28,386 nucleotides of DNA from a virus (taxonomy: Duplodnaviria > Caudoviricetes), in IMG/VR virus record IMGVR_UViG_3300025848_001656, positions 1-28,386 of that record; one strand, written 5' to 3'. The notes below the pieces were generated by a model. The model saw only the letters and a program-made list of their open reading frames with translations. It made no database searches and was not told the DNA's origin. Shown here piece after piece: positions 14,719 through 23,976 of the stretch (the first letter of the stretch is position 1; each line of letters starts with the position of its first letter). The position numbers were made by a program, and so were the translations under genes.

Positions 14719-15689
14719 AGCTGATCGTTGCTGATATCCAGTCGTTGATCGCTCGGGTTATCGGGGTCTGCTCCGATGATCCCCGCGTCTACGAGTACAT
14801 CAACCAAGCCTGTCGGCGTCTGCTTCACAAGGGACTGTGGGCTGGTGCTTACGGTCGATTCACAATCCATCCCACCAGTGGGTGCATCACTTGGCCCCGT
14901 CAGATCGAGACGATTGAAGCAGTGGCCGACTGTTGCGCTGTCGGTACTGTTCGCAATCAATGGTTCGAGTTTCAGGAGACCGGATTCGGACTCGTCAATG
15001 GCGGCGGACAAGTCTGTCTCGGAAACCAGCTTCTTGATCGAGGAACGGTCGTTTCCTACCGCGACATGAGCGGAGGAACCAACAGCTACATCCGCGTTTA
15101 CCCTGGTGATGCGAGCGATGTCGGAAAGACGATCACATTGCAGGGAACTGACAACAACGGTCAGTGGATTCGCACTCAAAGCGGTGGCGTTTGGATCGAT
15201 GGCGAGAAGCTCACGCTGGCCCTCCCATACGTTCAATCGACCAAGAAGTTCACTTCTCTTACCGGAGTCATTCGTCAGACGACCAACACCGTCAGTCGTT
15301 TGTACGAGTACGACGCGACGAGCCTCGCTGAAACCGATATCGCTGTTTACGATCCCGATGAGACGTTGCCGCAGTATCGTCGGAGCTTCTTGGGAAATCG
15401 ATGCAATGCGGACGAGAACAAGCCTGTCACGGTTATGGCCAAGATGCGTCACATCAACGCATCGACTCCGAACGATTACCTGATACCTCCTTGTGCGGAT
15501 GCCATCAAATTGATGGTTCAGGCGATTCGTAAGGAAGAGAATGATCTTCTAAACGAGGCAGTTGCGTATGAAGCTAAGGCCGTGCAAGCGGTCCAAGAGC
15601 AGACGATGCAATACCTCGGTGATGCGGTCGCTACGATCCGTATGGTCGGAGCTGGCCAGAGTGGCGGTGGATTGTATCAGTGGTTCTAA
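14715..15689 (+). CDS. Probable head-tail adaptor (tail tubular A-like)
   Basis: Helical N-terminus with YINQA.RRL...W, beta-rich middle and helical C-terminus, as in podoviral adaptors. Confidence 0.55.
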   Translation: MKLIVADIQSLIARVIGVCSDDPRVYEYINQACRRLLHKGLWAGAYGRFTIHPTSGCITWPRQIETIEAVADCCAVGTVRNQWFEFQETGFGLVNGGGQVCLGNQLLDRGTVVSYRDMSGGTNSYIRVYPGDASDVGKTITLQGTDNNGQWIRTQSGGVWIDGEKLTLALPYVQSTKKFTSLTGVIRQTTNTVSRLYEYDATSLAETDIAVYDPDETLPQYRRSFLGNRCNADENKPVTVMAKMRHINASTPNDYLIPPCADAIKLMVQAIRKEENDLLNEAVAYEAKAVQAVQEQTMQYLGDAVATIRMVGAGQSGGGLYQWF

Positions 15690-15698
15690 AGGATATTT

Positions 15699-16577
15699 AT
15701 GCCAATCGGATTAGGTGCAGCACTTTTGGGAAGCGCAGCCATTTCGGCTGGCGGAAGTCTGCTCGGTGGTTTGTTCGGCGGAAAGAAGCCGAAGATTCCC
15801 GAGTTGAAGCCGATTGATTTCGCCAAGGAACAGAAAGCGGCAATCCGCCAGAATATCGCCGCCATCGAGCCAGCCACGGAGCTTGCTCAGCGGACTACTC
15901 AGGCTGAACAGACTCAGCTTGAATCACAGCTTCGTCGGGCGATCCCAGGTTACGATCAGTTGGTTCAGCAAGCCAGCAAGAACATCGGTGCAGCCTTGGC
16001 CGGTGAGATTTCGCCAGAGGTTTCTGCTCAGGTTCAACGGTCTGCTGCCGGTCGAGCTTTGATGGGCGGTTACGCTGGTACTGGTGCTGGACGAGCTTTG
16101 ACCGCTCGTGATCTTGGTCTGACCTCGATGCAGTTGCAGAATCAGGGTCTTGCTCAAGCCCAGAACTTCATCCAGCAGCAACGAACTTTCGGAATGGTTC
16201 AACCGTTCTCGGTGAGCAGTATGTTCATCACCCCTGCTCAGCGGATCGGTGCGATTCAAGAGCAGCAAGCTCGTCAGTACGGTCGCGATGTGACCGCCGC
16301 TCAAGTTGCCGCTGCACCGTCACCGTTCCAGCAATCTGTTGGAACTGCTCTCAGCAATGTCGGAAATATCGCTGGCGGTGCGTTGATGCAGTACGGGATG
16401 TACAACGCCATGATGGCCAACAGTCCTGCAGCTTACGGGACTACACCCGGAGGTATGCCAAGCGTCAGCAGCACGACTGTCGATTACAGCACCGGAGAAA
16501 CCGCTTATCCGAATCCGATGTCACCGGCTACCGTTTACGCTGTTCCTCCGTCTTCGTACTATCCTGGAATCCGCTGA
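15699..16577 (+). CDS. DNA ejection/pilot protein
   Basis: Gly/Ala-rich hydrophobic N-terminus (GAALLGSAAISAGGSLLGGLFGGKK), Q/A-rich helices and an AAGGA SD-like site. Confidence 0.7.
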   Translation: MPIGLGAALLGSAAISAGGSLLGGLFGGKKPKIPELKPIDFAKEQKAAIRQNIAAIEPATELAQRTTQAEQTQLESQLRRAIPGYDQLVQQASKNIGAALAGEISPEVSAQVQRSAAGRALMGGYAGTGAGRALTARDLGLTSMQLQNQGLAQAQNFIQQQRTFGMVQPFSVSSMFITPAQRIGAIQEQQARQYGRDVTAAQVAAAPSPFQQSVGTALSNVGNIAGGALMQYGMYNAMMANSPAAYGTTPGGMPSVSSTTVDYSTGETAYPNPMSPATVYAVPPSSYYPGIR

Positions 16578-16580
16578 TTT

Positions 16581-17963
16581 ATGGCCGACCAATCTCTTCA
16601 AGCGTTTCAGCTAGGCGCAAGCCTGTTCGACCGCGCGCAGACGCAGCAGCGGATGATGGAGCAGATTCAGCTTCAGACGGCTGATCAGATCATGCGCCAG
16701 CGGCAGTACGATCTTCAGAACAAGATTCAGTCGAAGGCGTATGCTGATGCGCTCACAGAGTCAGAGGCGCAGAATCAGGAATATGAGGCTTTTCAGAACT
16801 TCAACCAGCAAGTTTCAGACTTTTTGAACAGCACGACAGAGGGTGCCGCAATGCCTGCACTTCCTCGGTTCAAATCAAAGCAGTTCAATCAGGAGGCTAC
16901 TCGACTCATCAATGGCCTTGAGCCTTATTCTGCTCGCGCAGAGCTGTTGAAGAAGCAGGCAAAACTTGCCGCTTTTACTGATCAGCTTGAGGGAAAACGA
17001 ATTGATGACGCTCGAAAATATGGTGCATTAACGCGAACCGCTGACGGAAAGTACGTCATTGATGATGCGTTGATTGCAAAAAAACGATTAGAAGAAGAGC
17101 AGCTTGGAAAAGCGTCAAAACTTGGAGCTTTGGGTCGTCTTGGTAAAAACACCGTTCAGAGCATGATCGACTCTGGACAGATTCCTCAAGAAATCGCTCC
17201 TCAGGCACTTCTTGCCGCAGAGAGTTTTGAAAAATCAAAGACCGGAGTAGTCGGCAAGAATACGGATCTCTTTATTGAAGCCGCCAAAGCAAAGGCAAAG
17301 TCTTCCGGTCAAGAGCTTACACCTGCCAAAGAGGCTGAACTGAGGCAGACATTTATTGGCGGCGGCGGACGACTCAAGCCGCTTGAGGCAAAAACCGCCA
17401 CAAAGCTGGAGGACGAGTTTGCCGTCATGGAAACGATTGATTCCCTTCAAGACGGAATTGCAGCGTTTGAGAAGCAGTATCCAGGCAAAAAGTTCACTGA
17501 CTTCCTTGGGGCAATCCCGACCACTGAAGTTAAGATCCGGTCGTTGATTGAAACTGAAAAAGATCCAATGAAGCAGGAAGCACTTGGATTGTTGGCCGAC
17601 TTCATGGGTGTTGTCAATCGCACCGCAAGAACCACTTCTGGCCTAAACGTCACCGAGAGCGAAGGAAAACGAATCGCTCAAGAAATCGGCGGATCTTTCG
17701 ACAAAAACTCGCTCATCAAACTTGATCGATTCAGGAATCGAATTGAGCGGAGTGCGCGCGGAACCATTGGGAGAAACATCGACAAGGCTCTTCCGTCATT
17801 CTACGAGCGTTGGTCTACAACTCCGTTTGGGACACGAACTACGGCTGCATACTCTGCTCCTGGTGTTTTGTTCCAATCCACGGAGCAATCGGCTGGTTCA
17901 ATGAGCAACGAGGATTTGCTCAACCTCTTTCAACAGATTCAGCAAAAGGCTGATCAGCAATAA
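16581..17963 (+). CDS. Internal virion/ejection protein (460 aa)
   Basis: Q/E/K-rich helical protein in the middle position of a small-medium-large trio. Confidence 0.6.
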   Translation: MADQSLQAFQLGASLFDRAQTQQRMMEQIQLQTADQIMRQRQYDLQNKIQSKAYADALTESEAQNQEYEAFQNFNQQVSDFLNSTTEGAAMPALPRFKSKQFNQEATRLINGLEPYSARAELLKKQAKLAAFTDQLEGKRIDDARKYGALTRTADGKYVIDDALIAKKRLEEEQLGKASKLGALGRLGKNTVQSMIDSGQIPQEIAPQALLAAESFEKSKTGVVGKNTDLFIEAAKAKAKSSGQELTPAKEAELRQTFIGGGGRLKPLEAKTATKLEDEFAVMETIDSLQDGIAAFEKQYPGKKFTDFLGAIPTTEVKIRSLIETEKDPMKQEALGLLADFMGVVNRTARTTSGLNVTESEGKRIAQEIGGSFDKNSLIKLDRFRNRIERSARGTIGRNIDKALPSFYERWSTTPFGTRTTAAYSAPGVLFQSTEQSAGSMSNEDLLNLFQQIQQKADQQ

Positions 17964-17969
17964 TTTTTT

Positions 17970-20843
17970 ATGCCACTTTCACCTGAAGAAAGTCAGTTGT
18001 TTGAACAACTGAAAGCTGAGATTTCCAAGAGAGGATTGAAGCTGCCATCTCCAGTCGGCTCTCCTCAACAGCTTGAACAGGCTGTCAATCGCGCTGGCAC
18101 TATTGGCGAAATGCGTCGGCGTGAGGAACAGGGGATGATCTCCGCACTGACTCCTGAACAGGTTGAAGCACGAACAGGTTTTATTGGCAATCTCTTAGAG
18201 TCGTTGCCTAGCGGACTTGGAGCTGGAGGTGCTGGTCTTGCTGGAGGTGAAGTAGCTCGCGCTCCGGTCGGTGATAGCCCTGAAGCAAAAAGATATCGAG
18301 AAGCCATTGCTTTTCAGACCAGAACCGTTCCGGTTATTGGAGCCGCATTGTCCACGGGTGGACTTGGCGCGATTCCGACCGCTTTGACGATGGCTGGAAC
18401 ATCTGCTGCGGCAGAACAAACAGCTCAAGAGTATGAAAAAGCGACTGGACTGAGGGAAAAACGAGAACCTGGAAAGGTCGTTGGGGCTGGTATTTTTGGT
18501 GCAACTCCTGGGCTTGGACCTGTTCAAGGTGCTTCAGGTCCACTCGCCGCTGGAATCTGGCAAGCAGGTAAACAGGCACTTTTAAACGCTAGTACTGCTG
18601 CGCTTTCTAAAACCGTTGAGAAAGCCATTGATGAGGGCCGTCGCCCAACTGTTGAAGAACTCGAAAAAGCAATCGAACTTCCAGCGTATCTTGGTGCCGG
18701 AACTGGTTTTCTCGGTGGGGCATTAGCCCGTGGCCAACAGCCATTGACAACGGAACAGCAGGTTGCTCAACAAGGTCTTCAATCGGGTCAGAGAATTGAG
18801 CAGCAAATTGGTGCTGGTGCCGCTCCGTTGACCGCAGCGCAACAAACCGGACGCAATCTCCCTGGACAATTTGGAGCTGGATCTGCCGGACTTGCAGCTC
18901 AACAAAATCTGGTTCAACGAATCAGGAATGTTCTCAATCTAAATCCTCAACAGGAGCAAGCTGTTGGACAGGCTGTTCAGCAAGAACTTGGAGCTGCTGA
19001 AGACATTTCTCGACAGGCTTTGAGGCAGCAGATTCAGGCTGGCCAGGCTGCCGCTCAAGGAGAACTTGAAGGTGTTGTTCGATCAATAATTCCAAACGCT
19101 CAGAGAGCAGCTTCTTCTGAAGCATCTGCAAACAACGCTTTGGCTGCAATCCGACAAGAGGACCAAAGGCTCGGAGGACTTGTTGACAATGCTTACAACA
19201 CAATGCGAACGGCGTTGGCAAATCGACTCGGTGGTCGGCCAGAACCGCGTGTCGCCCCAACCGCTGCTCTCGGACAAACGATTGACGATCTTCTTTCAAC
19301 GCTTGCTACTGAACAGCGTGTTACAACGACTCCATCTCCAATCATCGGAGGACAACCAACTGTCACTGTTGAAAATATTCCGTCTCAGTTTTTCAACGAA
19401 GCAACTCGTAGGGCGCAAGCTCTTCGAGAGGTTGCTCGTAGTCCTCAGACCATGGAGGGGCTTGTTGGCCTCCGTCAGTCTATTGATGGACTGATCAATT
19501 ATTTCAACGAATTCGCACCCGGAGTTGGTCAACGCCAACTTCGCCAGTTGCGGTCAGCTTTGAAAGCTGAAGAGCTTACCGCTGCGAGAAGGCTTGGAGT
19601 CGAAAATGAATTGGTTGCTGCTCAAAACTTGGCCGAACAGCGGTTCAATGTTTTGCAGGATAATCCGATTATCCGCAAAGCTGCGTCTGCTGCTGGTGAA
19701 GGCGGATTCCAAAACGCTGAGACTTTTTATTCGCAGCTTGCTTCACAACCTGAAGCTGTGGCTTCAATCAACAATCTGCTCTCTACGACTGCTCAAGGTA
19801 GAATTCAGTTGAATCAGATTCGCAGGGGTCTGTTTGATTCTTTGAGGTCTGATCGACCGATTGAAATTGCCGGTCAGCAGTTTGAAAATACGGGTTCGCT
19901 TTTGAACGGATTCAGGAATCTTCCTGAATCGACTCAAGCGTTCATTGCTGGCAACGCTCAAAACGCGAATCGATTGCGCTCTATTCTTGAGGATGCAAAT
20001 CGGGTTCAAAACGCTGGTCGTTCGATTCCTTTAGGAGGCGGAATCTCTCAGGCCGCTTTGACCGAAATTACGGACAATCTCGGTAACATAAACTCTCAAC
20101 GATTGAGGCAGATTGTCACTCAGGACGCTCAGTCTGCCAGGGCTAGGTCTGAAGAGTTTTTCAACAACACGACCAGGGAGGTTCAGAATAATCGACTGAA
20201 TCCAGATGTGGACTCGACCGAGTTTGTTCGTGATTTCTTGTTCAGGTCGAACAATCCGCAGATCGTAAGAAATGCGCTGAACCAACTTGCTCCTCAAACC
20301 AGACAAGCCGTTCAGGCTGATGCCGCTGTTGCTCTGTTGAACCATGTTTCTGGGACTGCACCACAGAATTTGAGACGAGGTGTTCAGACGGTCGAAGACA
20401 TGCTTCAAGATCCAAACCGGATGCAGATCATTCGTGAAACGCTTGATCCTGCTGATTTCAATCTGATCAACGATTACATGGTTTGGACCCGTGCTAGAAA
20501 CCTGACCCAGCAAGGTGGCCGACTTCAGCCAAACCAACTTGCTGATGCGGTCATGCGAGTTTCTAGGGCTAGGTGGATTGTTGATTCTTTGGTTGGCAAT
20601 CCTGCTGCCCAGAACTTTATGGCTTCTGTTTCTCGCGTTCCGAGAATCATCGGAGGACTGAAGCCTAACATCACGATGCAACAAGCTGAGACGTTGGCTC
20701 GTACGGCCAACGTTCCGGTTCAAAATCTTTTTCGTACTTGGGATGAATTGAAGCAAAAGTCTGATGCTGTTCGCGAAAGTCTTCCTGAAGAAAAGCGTCA
20801 GATTTTCGATGAGACACTAGCAGTTCCTAGCCGTCCTCGGTGA
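17970..20843 (+). CDS. Large internal virion/ejection protein (957 aa)
   Basis: A/G-rich hydrophobic segments in the N-terminal third, Q/R/A-rich helical remainder; last of the trio. Confidence 0.65.
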   Translation: MPLSPEESQLFEQLKAEISKRGLKLPSPVGSPQQLEQAVNRAGTIGEMRRREEQGMISALTPEQVEARTGFIGNLLESLPSGLGAGGAGLAGGEVARAPVGDSPEAKRYREAIAFQTRTVPVIGAALSTGGLGAIPTALTMAGTSAAAEQTAQEYEKATGLREKREPGKVVGAGIFGATPGLGPVQGASGPLAAGIWQAGKQALLNASTAALSKTVEKAIDEGRRPTVEELEKAIELPAYLGAGTGFLGGALARGQQPLTTEQQVAQQGLQSGQRIEQQIGAGAAPLTAAQQTGRNLPGQFGAGSAGLAAQQNLVQRIRNVLNLNPQQEQAVGQAVQQELGAAEDISRQALRQQIQAGQAAAQGELEGVVRSIIPNAQRAASSEASANNALAAIRQEDQRLGGLVDNAYNTMRTALANRLGGRPEPRVAPTAALGQTIDDLLSTLATEQRVTTTPSPIIGGQPTVTVENIPSQFFNEATRRAQALREVARSPQTMEGLVGLRQSIDGLINYFNEFAPGVGQRQLRQLRSALKAEELTAARRLGVENELVAAQNLAEQRFNVLQDNPIIRKAASAAGEGGFQNAETFYSQLASQPEAVASINNLLSTTAQGRIQLNQIRRGLFDSLRSDRPIEIAGQQFENTGSLLNGFRNLPESTQAFIAGNAQNANRLRSILEDANRVQNAGRSIPLGGGISQAALTEITDNLGNINSQRLRQIVTQDAQSARARSEEFFNNTTREVQNNRLNPDVDSTEFVRDFLFRSNNPQIVRNALNQLAPQTRQAVQADAAVALLNHVSGTAPQNLRRGVQTVEDMLQDPNRMQIIRETLDPADFNLINDYMVWTRARNLTQQGGRLQPNQLADAVMRVSRARWIVDSLVGNPAAQNFMASVSRVPRIIGGLKPNITMQQAETLARTANVPVQNLFRTWDELKQKSDAVRESLPEEKRQIFDETLAVPSRPR

Positions 20844-20847
20844 AACC

Positions 20848-21135
20848 ATGAAAACCTCCCTCTCCAAAAAGGGTAACACTTGGCGTGGACGGAAGGTGAC
20901 GCTCAATTCACCTCGAAAGATCGAGGGTGTTACTCCGTATCCAAAGAAGAAGACGGTGTTCGTTAAGAACGCCAAAGGAAATGTTGTTGCTGTGCATTTC
21001 GGAGATGTTCGGTATTCCGACTTCACCAAGCATCACAACAAGCAACGTCGGTCAAATTTTCGCTCGCGGCACAACTGCGAGACAGCAAAAGATAAAACAA
21101 CGGCTCGATACTGGGCCTGTAACAACCTCTGGTAA
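20848..21135 (+). CDS. Small basic viral protein (DUF5754-like)
   Basis: VHFGD..YSDFT.H....RR..F..RH......K..A.YW....LW pattern recalled from phage and large-virus proteins. Confidence 0.7.
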   Translation: MKTSLSKKGNTWRGRKVTLNSPRKIEGVTPYPKKKTVFVKNAKGNVVAVHFGDVRYSDFTKHHNKQRRSNFRSRHNCETAKDKTTARYWACNNLW

Positions 21136-21139
21136 AATT

Positions 21140-21328
21140 ATGGACAAGATGCGACTCGGCGGCGGTGGCCGCTTTGAAAAACTCGTTGGGAAGCTTGAGA
21201 AGAAGGGAGTGAAAGACCCTGCTGCTATTGCGGCTTACATTGGCCGCAAGCAGCTCGGCAAGGCGAAGTTCCAATCGCTCGCTGCGAAAGGCCGTCGTCG
21301 AGCTTTGCGCGAGAAGGCCAACGCCTGA
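21140..21328 (+). CDS. Small highly basic protein, 62 aa (MDKMRLGGGGRFEKLVGKLEKKGVKDPAAIAAYIGRK...)
   Basis: ATG lies 4 nt after the previous stop, within track ORF 20927..21328; K/R-rich. Confidence 0.75.
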   Translation: MDKMRLGGGGRFEKLVGKLEKKGVKDPAAIAAYIGRKQLGKAKFQSLAAKGRRRALREKANA

Positions 21329-23143
21329 TCAGTGGAATTTCTTGCGGAATCCGTTCGCCTTATTCCGCTTCTGCTCCTTATCCACCGTGAAAACCTCCGG
21401 TGGAGCATACTCCCAGCAGATGTTCTTCAACGAATGCTGGATAGTGATTCCGCCTGTCTTCTTACCTTCACGATCCTGTAATCCGCTCCTCATCGATCTC
21501 TTGGCCAACCCAAGCATAAACTTCCGAGGACTGTTGTAGCCCACTTCACGCAGGACCATCACCTCTCGCGCCCAGTTCGTCAGGTCGCTCGATCCGAATC
21601 CTGAGTAGGCCATCTCTGCAACGCTCTCAGGTTTCTCATCCTTCCCTTTGGGCTTCGGGAAGTGATGCACCAACACGATGATCACACCCGTCTCGATCAT
21701 CAAAGGCTGAAGCTGTTGCCGCGTGAACTGCGAGCATACCTCGATGTCCGCAGGATTGCCTCCGATGTACGAAAGCAGCGGATCGATGTACACGATGTCA
21801 GGCTTCGATTTCTTGACCATCTTCCGAAGCATCGTCGTGAAATCGATCCCAACCCGAACTGTCTCGCGGTAGAACTCGATTCCAGATTCTCGGATCTTCG
21901 ATTCCCAATAATCCGAGAACACGCCCTTCGCCGCACCGATCAGCGAATCGTGCATATCCGCGATGTCGTTCTCCGCTTGGATCACCATCACCTTCAGCGG
22001 TCTGATCGGGGCTATTCCGAACCAGGACAATCCATGCGACCAATGGATCGCTTGGGACATCACCAATGAGGATTTGCCGCATCCACTTTGTCCCACAAAG
22101 AGAAGACTGGTTCCACGGCGCAACCAGCGGTCACCGATCAGGTTGTCAGGATCGTTCTCCTTGTCGTAGGTGATGATGTCAACGAGATCGAACTTGCTCG
22201 GCAGATTGGCCGACTCCAAGTGATCGATGAAATCGTCCCACGATGGCGCACCCTGATTGAGGGCCAAGAGCTTCTGCTCGACACCGTTCCGCATCACGCC
22301 GGGCAACCGGCTGAAGCGACTGGCATTCTTGTTCTTAGGATCAACCCCGAGGTGGTCGAGGTGTTGGTACACCACGTTCCTTCGCTGCTCCCATTCCTCG
22401 CGGTTGGCAGCATCCACTCGTACCCATCCGTGCAGACTCTTGCCGCCCGAATCGATGATGACCGAAAACGGCAGGTTCGATTCCTTCAGGATCGTCCACT
22501 GTTCATCCTTCGACTTCTCGTCCATCTCGACCAGGACATGGCGGAAGGTTGAGACGCCGGAATCGGTTCCGGTCTGGTCGCTGCATGGATTGATCCGTAC
22601 ATACGCACCACGGGCCTCTTTGCCGGTCCACATTGGCGATATGGGAGCGGTGAAGTGAGATTTGATCCATTCGTCCCTCTTGAGGTATGTCCCTTTGGAA
22701 GCGGGGCGAGAGCGGCCCTCGTCGTCTGTGATGATCTCGTTGCAGATGCAGACGGTATCCTCTGGATCGAAACAGGCTCTGAGGAAGTCCTCGGTTGAAA
22801 ATCGGGAAGTCTGTTCCGGTAATGCAAGGATCTTGCGGACGACAAACTTTCCGGTCATCGAGACCGGATTGCCGGTCGAACGGGTGTTTCTGAGGTAGCC
22901 TTTCGGATTCGTGTGCGGTGTTTTCTCGGCTTGGGTGATCTTATGCCGAAGCTCCGCATCGCTCCATTTGGGGCTGCACTTCTCGTTCCATTCCATCAGC
23001 AGCGCGAGTGAGTCGCGAGCGGTCAGTTCAAACCCGTGAACGAGACCTGTAGCTGCGGTGAATGTTTGGGAATGGCCGTTCTGGCCGGAGACCGCTCCTG
23101 GTACGCTGGCAAGCCATGCCCGCGCCCGTTCGATTGTATTCAT
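21329..23143 (-). CDS. Primase-helicase: PriCT-like + RepB-like (AEP) primase + RepA/AAA_25 helicase
   Basis: Primase motifs HVLVEMDE, DSGGKSLHGWV and SRLPG; Walker A GQSGCGKSS, then QAEND, YIDPL, LVHH and GSS.L.NWAR. Confidence 0.88.
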   Translation of the reverse strand: MNTIERARAWLASVPGAVSGQNGHSQTFTAATGLVHGFELTARDSLALLMEWNEKCSPKWSDAELRHKITQAEKTPHTNPKGYLRNTRSTGNPVSMTGKFVVRKILALPEQTSRFSTEDFLRACFDPEDTVCICNEIITDDEGRSRPASKGTYLKRDEWIKSHFTAPISPMWTGKEARGAYVRINPCSDQTGTDSGVSTFRHVLVEMDEKSKDEQWTILKESNLPFSVIIDSGGKSLHGWVRVDAANREEWEQRRNVVYQHLDHLGVDPKNKNASRFSRLPGVMRNGVEQKLLALNQGAPSWDDFIDHLESANLPSKFDLVDIITYDKENDPDNLIGDRWLRRGTSLLFVGQSGCGKSSLVMSQAIHWSHGLSWFGIAPIRPLKVMVIQAENDIADMHDSLIGAAKGVFSDYWESKIRESGIEFYRETVRVGIDFTTMLRKMVKKSKPDIVYIDPLLSYIGGNPADIEVCSQFTRQQLQPLMIETGVIIVLVHHFPKPKGKDEKPESVAEMAYSGFGSSDLTNWAREVMVLREVGYNSPRKFMLGLAKRSMRSGLQDREGKKTGGITIQHSLKNICWEYAPPEVFTVDKEQKRNKANGFRKKFH

Positions 23144-23376
23144 GTGATTCCAAGATATGTGCGCGCTTTACGTCCCGCCTCACCGAGGTCCGAGGACGCT
23201 ATTTCCTGTATGAACTGACGATGCTCGCGGTTCCGCTTGAACAGCAGGGCAAGCTCTTTGGGTGTGATCAAAAATTTCGACCAGAATTGAATCCTGATTC
23301 TCCTCTGGTCGAAGTGTTCAAAGAGCTTTGCCTGAGCGTCGATGTAGGTGTCAGGATTCCGATTCATCCCGAACAA
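23140..23376 (-). CDS. Hypothetical protein (78 aa)
   Basis: ATGA-coupled to the primase-helicase. Confidence 0.65.
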   Translation of the reverse strand: MFGMNRNPDTYIDAQAKLFEHFDQRRIRIQFWSKFLITPKELALLFKRNREHRQFIQEIASSDLGEAGRKARTYLGIT

Positions 23377-23539
23377 ACTTCGCCTTGAACTCCTCCTTGG
23401 TGCGGATGCTCACCTTCTTGCGGCCTTCGCGAACGTAGGCCACCGCTGGTACTTTCATCTCGCCAATTCGGATCTCTGCGTCGTCATCAATGACCTGAAC
23501 CTTCAGTGAGGGTCTTACGGAGTTCTTGAACGTCTTCAT
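23351..23539 (-). CDS. Hypothetical protein (62 aa), small beta/SH3-like, DUF1653-reminiscent
   Basis: VAY......IR..EEF..KF ending; packed into the operon. Confidence 0.65.
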   Translation of the reverse strand: MKTFKNSVRPSLKVQVIDDDAEIRIGEMKVPAVAYVREGRKKVSIRTKEEFKAKFVRDESES

Positions 23540-23681
23540 CGCTTAAATCCTTTCCATTGCTCCAGTGATCGGGGCATTTGGCCTTCTTCGGGTAGGCCAT
23601 CCATCCCCGCATGATAGCATACTCGACGAGCTTAGGTGCCTCTTTCAAGAGCTGTTCTCGGGTGATCGTTGATGCGTTCAT
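23487..23681 (-). CDS. Hypothetical protein (64 aa)
   Basis: ATG 23681 forms an ATGA overlap with the upstream stop. Confidence 0.6.
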   Translation of the reverse strand: MNASTITREQLLKEAPKLVEYAIMRGWMAYPKKAKCPDHWSNGKDLSDEDVQELRKTLTEGSGH

Positions 23682-23872
23682 TTGGTTGCTTTCTTTTTCG
23701 CTGCTTTCTTGTCGCGGCACCGCTGGGCGATGCCTTTGAAGCGGTCGATTCGCTCGACTTCATCGTTGAATCCTCGGCGGATCAACCACTTGCGGTAAGC
23801 ACGGTTGAAGTCCTCGAAGTTTAGTTTGGGTGACGACTCGTCTGCGTCTGCTACTCGGATGGTTGTATTCAT
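23678..23872 (-). CDS. Hypothetical basic protein (64 aa)
   Basis: ATGA overlaps at both ends. Confidence 0.65.
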   Translation of the reverse strand: MNTTIRVADADESSPKLNFEDFNRAYRKWLIRRGFNDEVERIDRFKGIAQRCRDKKAAKKKATK

Positions 23873-23970
23873 AGTACGAACAATAGGAACCAGGCTGTTG
23901 CAACAATGAGACCCATTGCGAAAGCCGCGATGGCTATCGACTTGATCTCGTCTCTACGATTCATTCTCAT
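23869..23970 (-). CDS. Small single-TM membrane peptide, 33 aa (MRMNRRDEIKSIAIAAFAMGLIVATAWFLLFVL)
   Basis: 3' end of track ORF 23869..24294; basic N-terminus plus TM helix; its stop overlaps the next ATG. Confidence 0.55.
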   Translation of the reverse strand: MRMNRRDEIKSIAIAAFAMGLIVATAWFLLFVL

Positions 23971-23976
23971 GTTTTT

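Noticed and set aside
20927-21139. N-terminal extension of track ORF 20927..21328
   Set aside because: It overlaps the 20848-21135 gene; ATG 21140 is the natural start.
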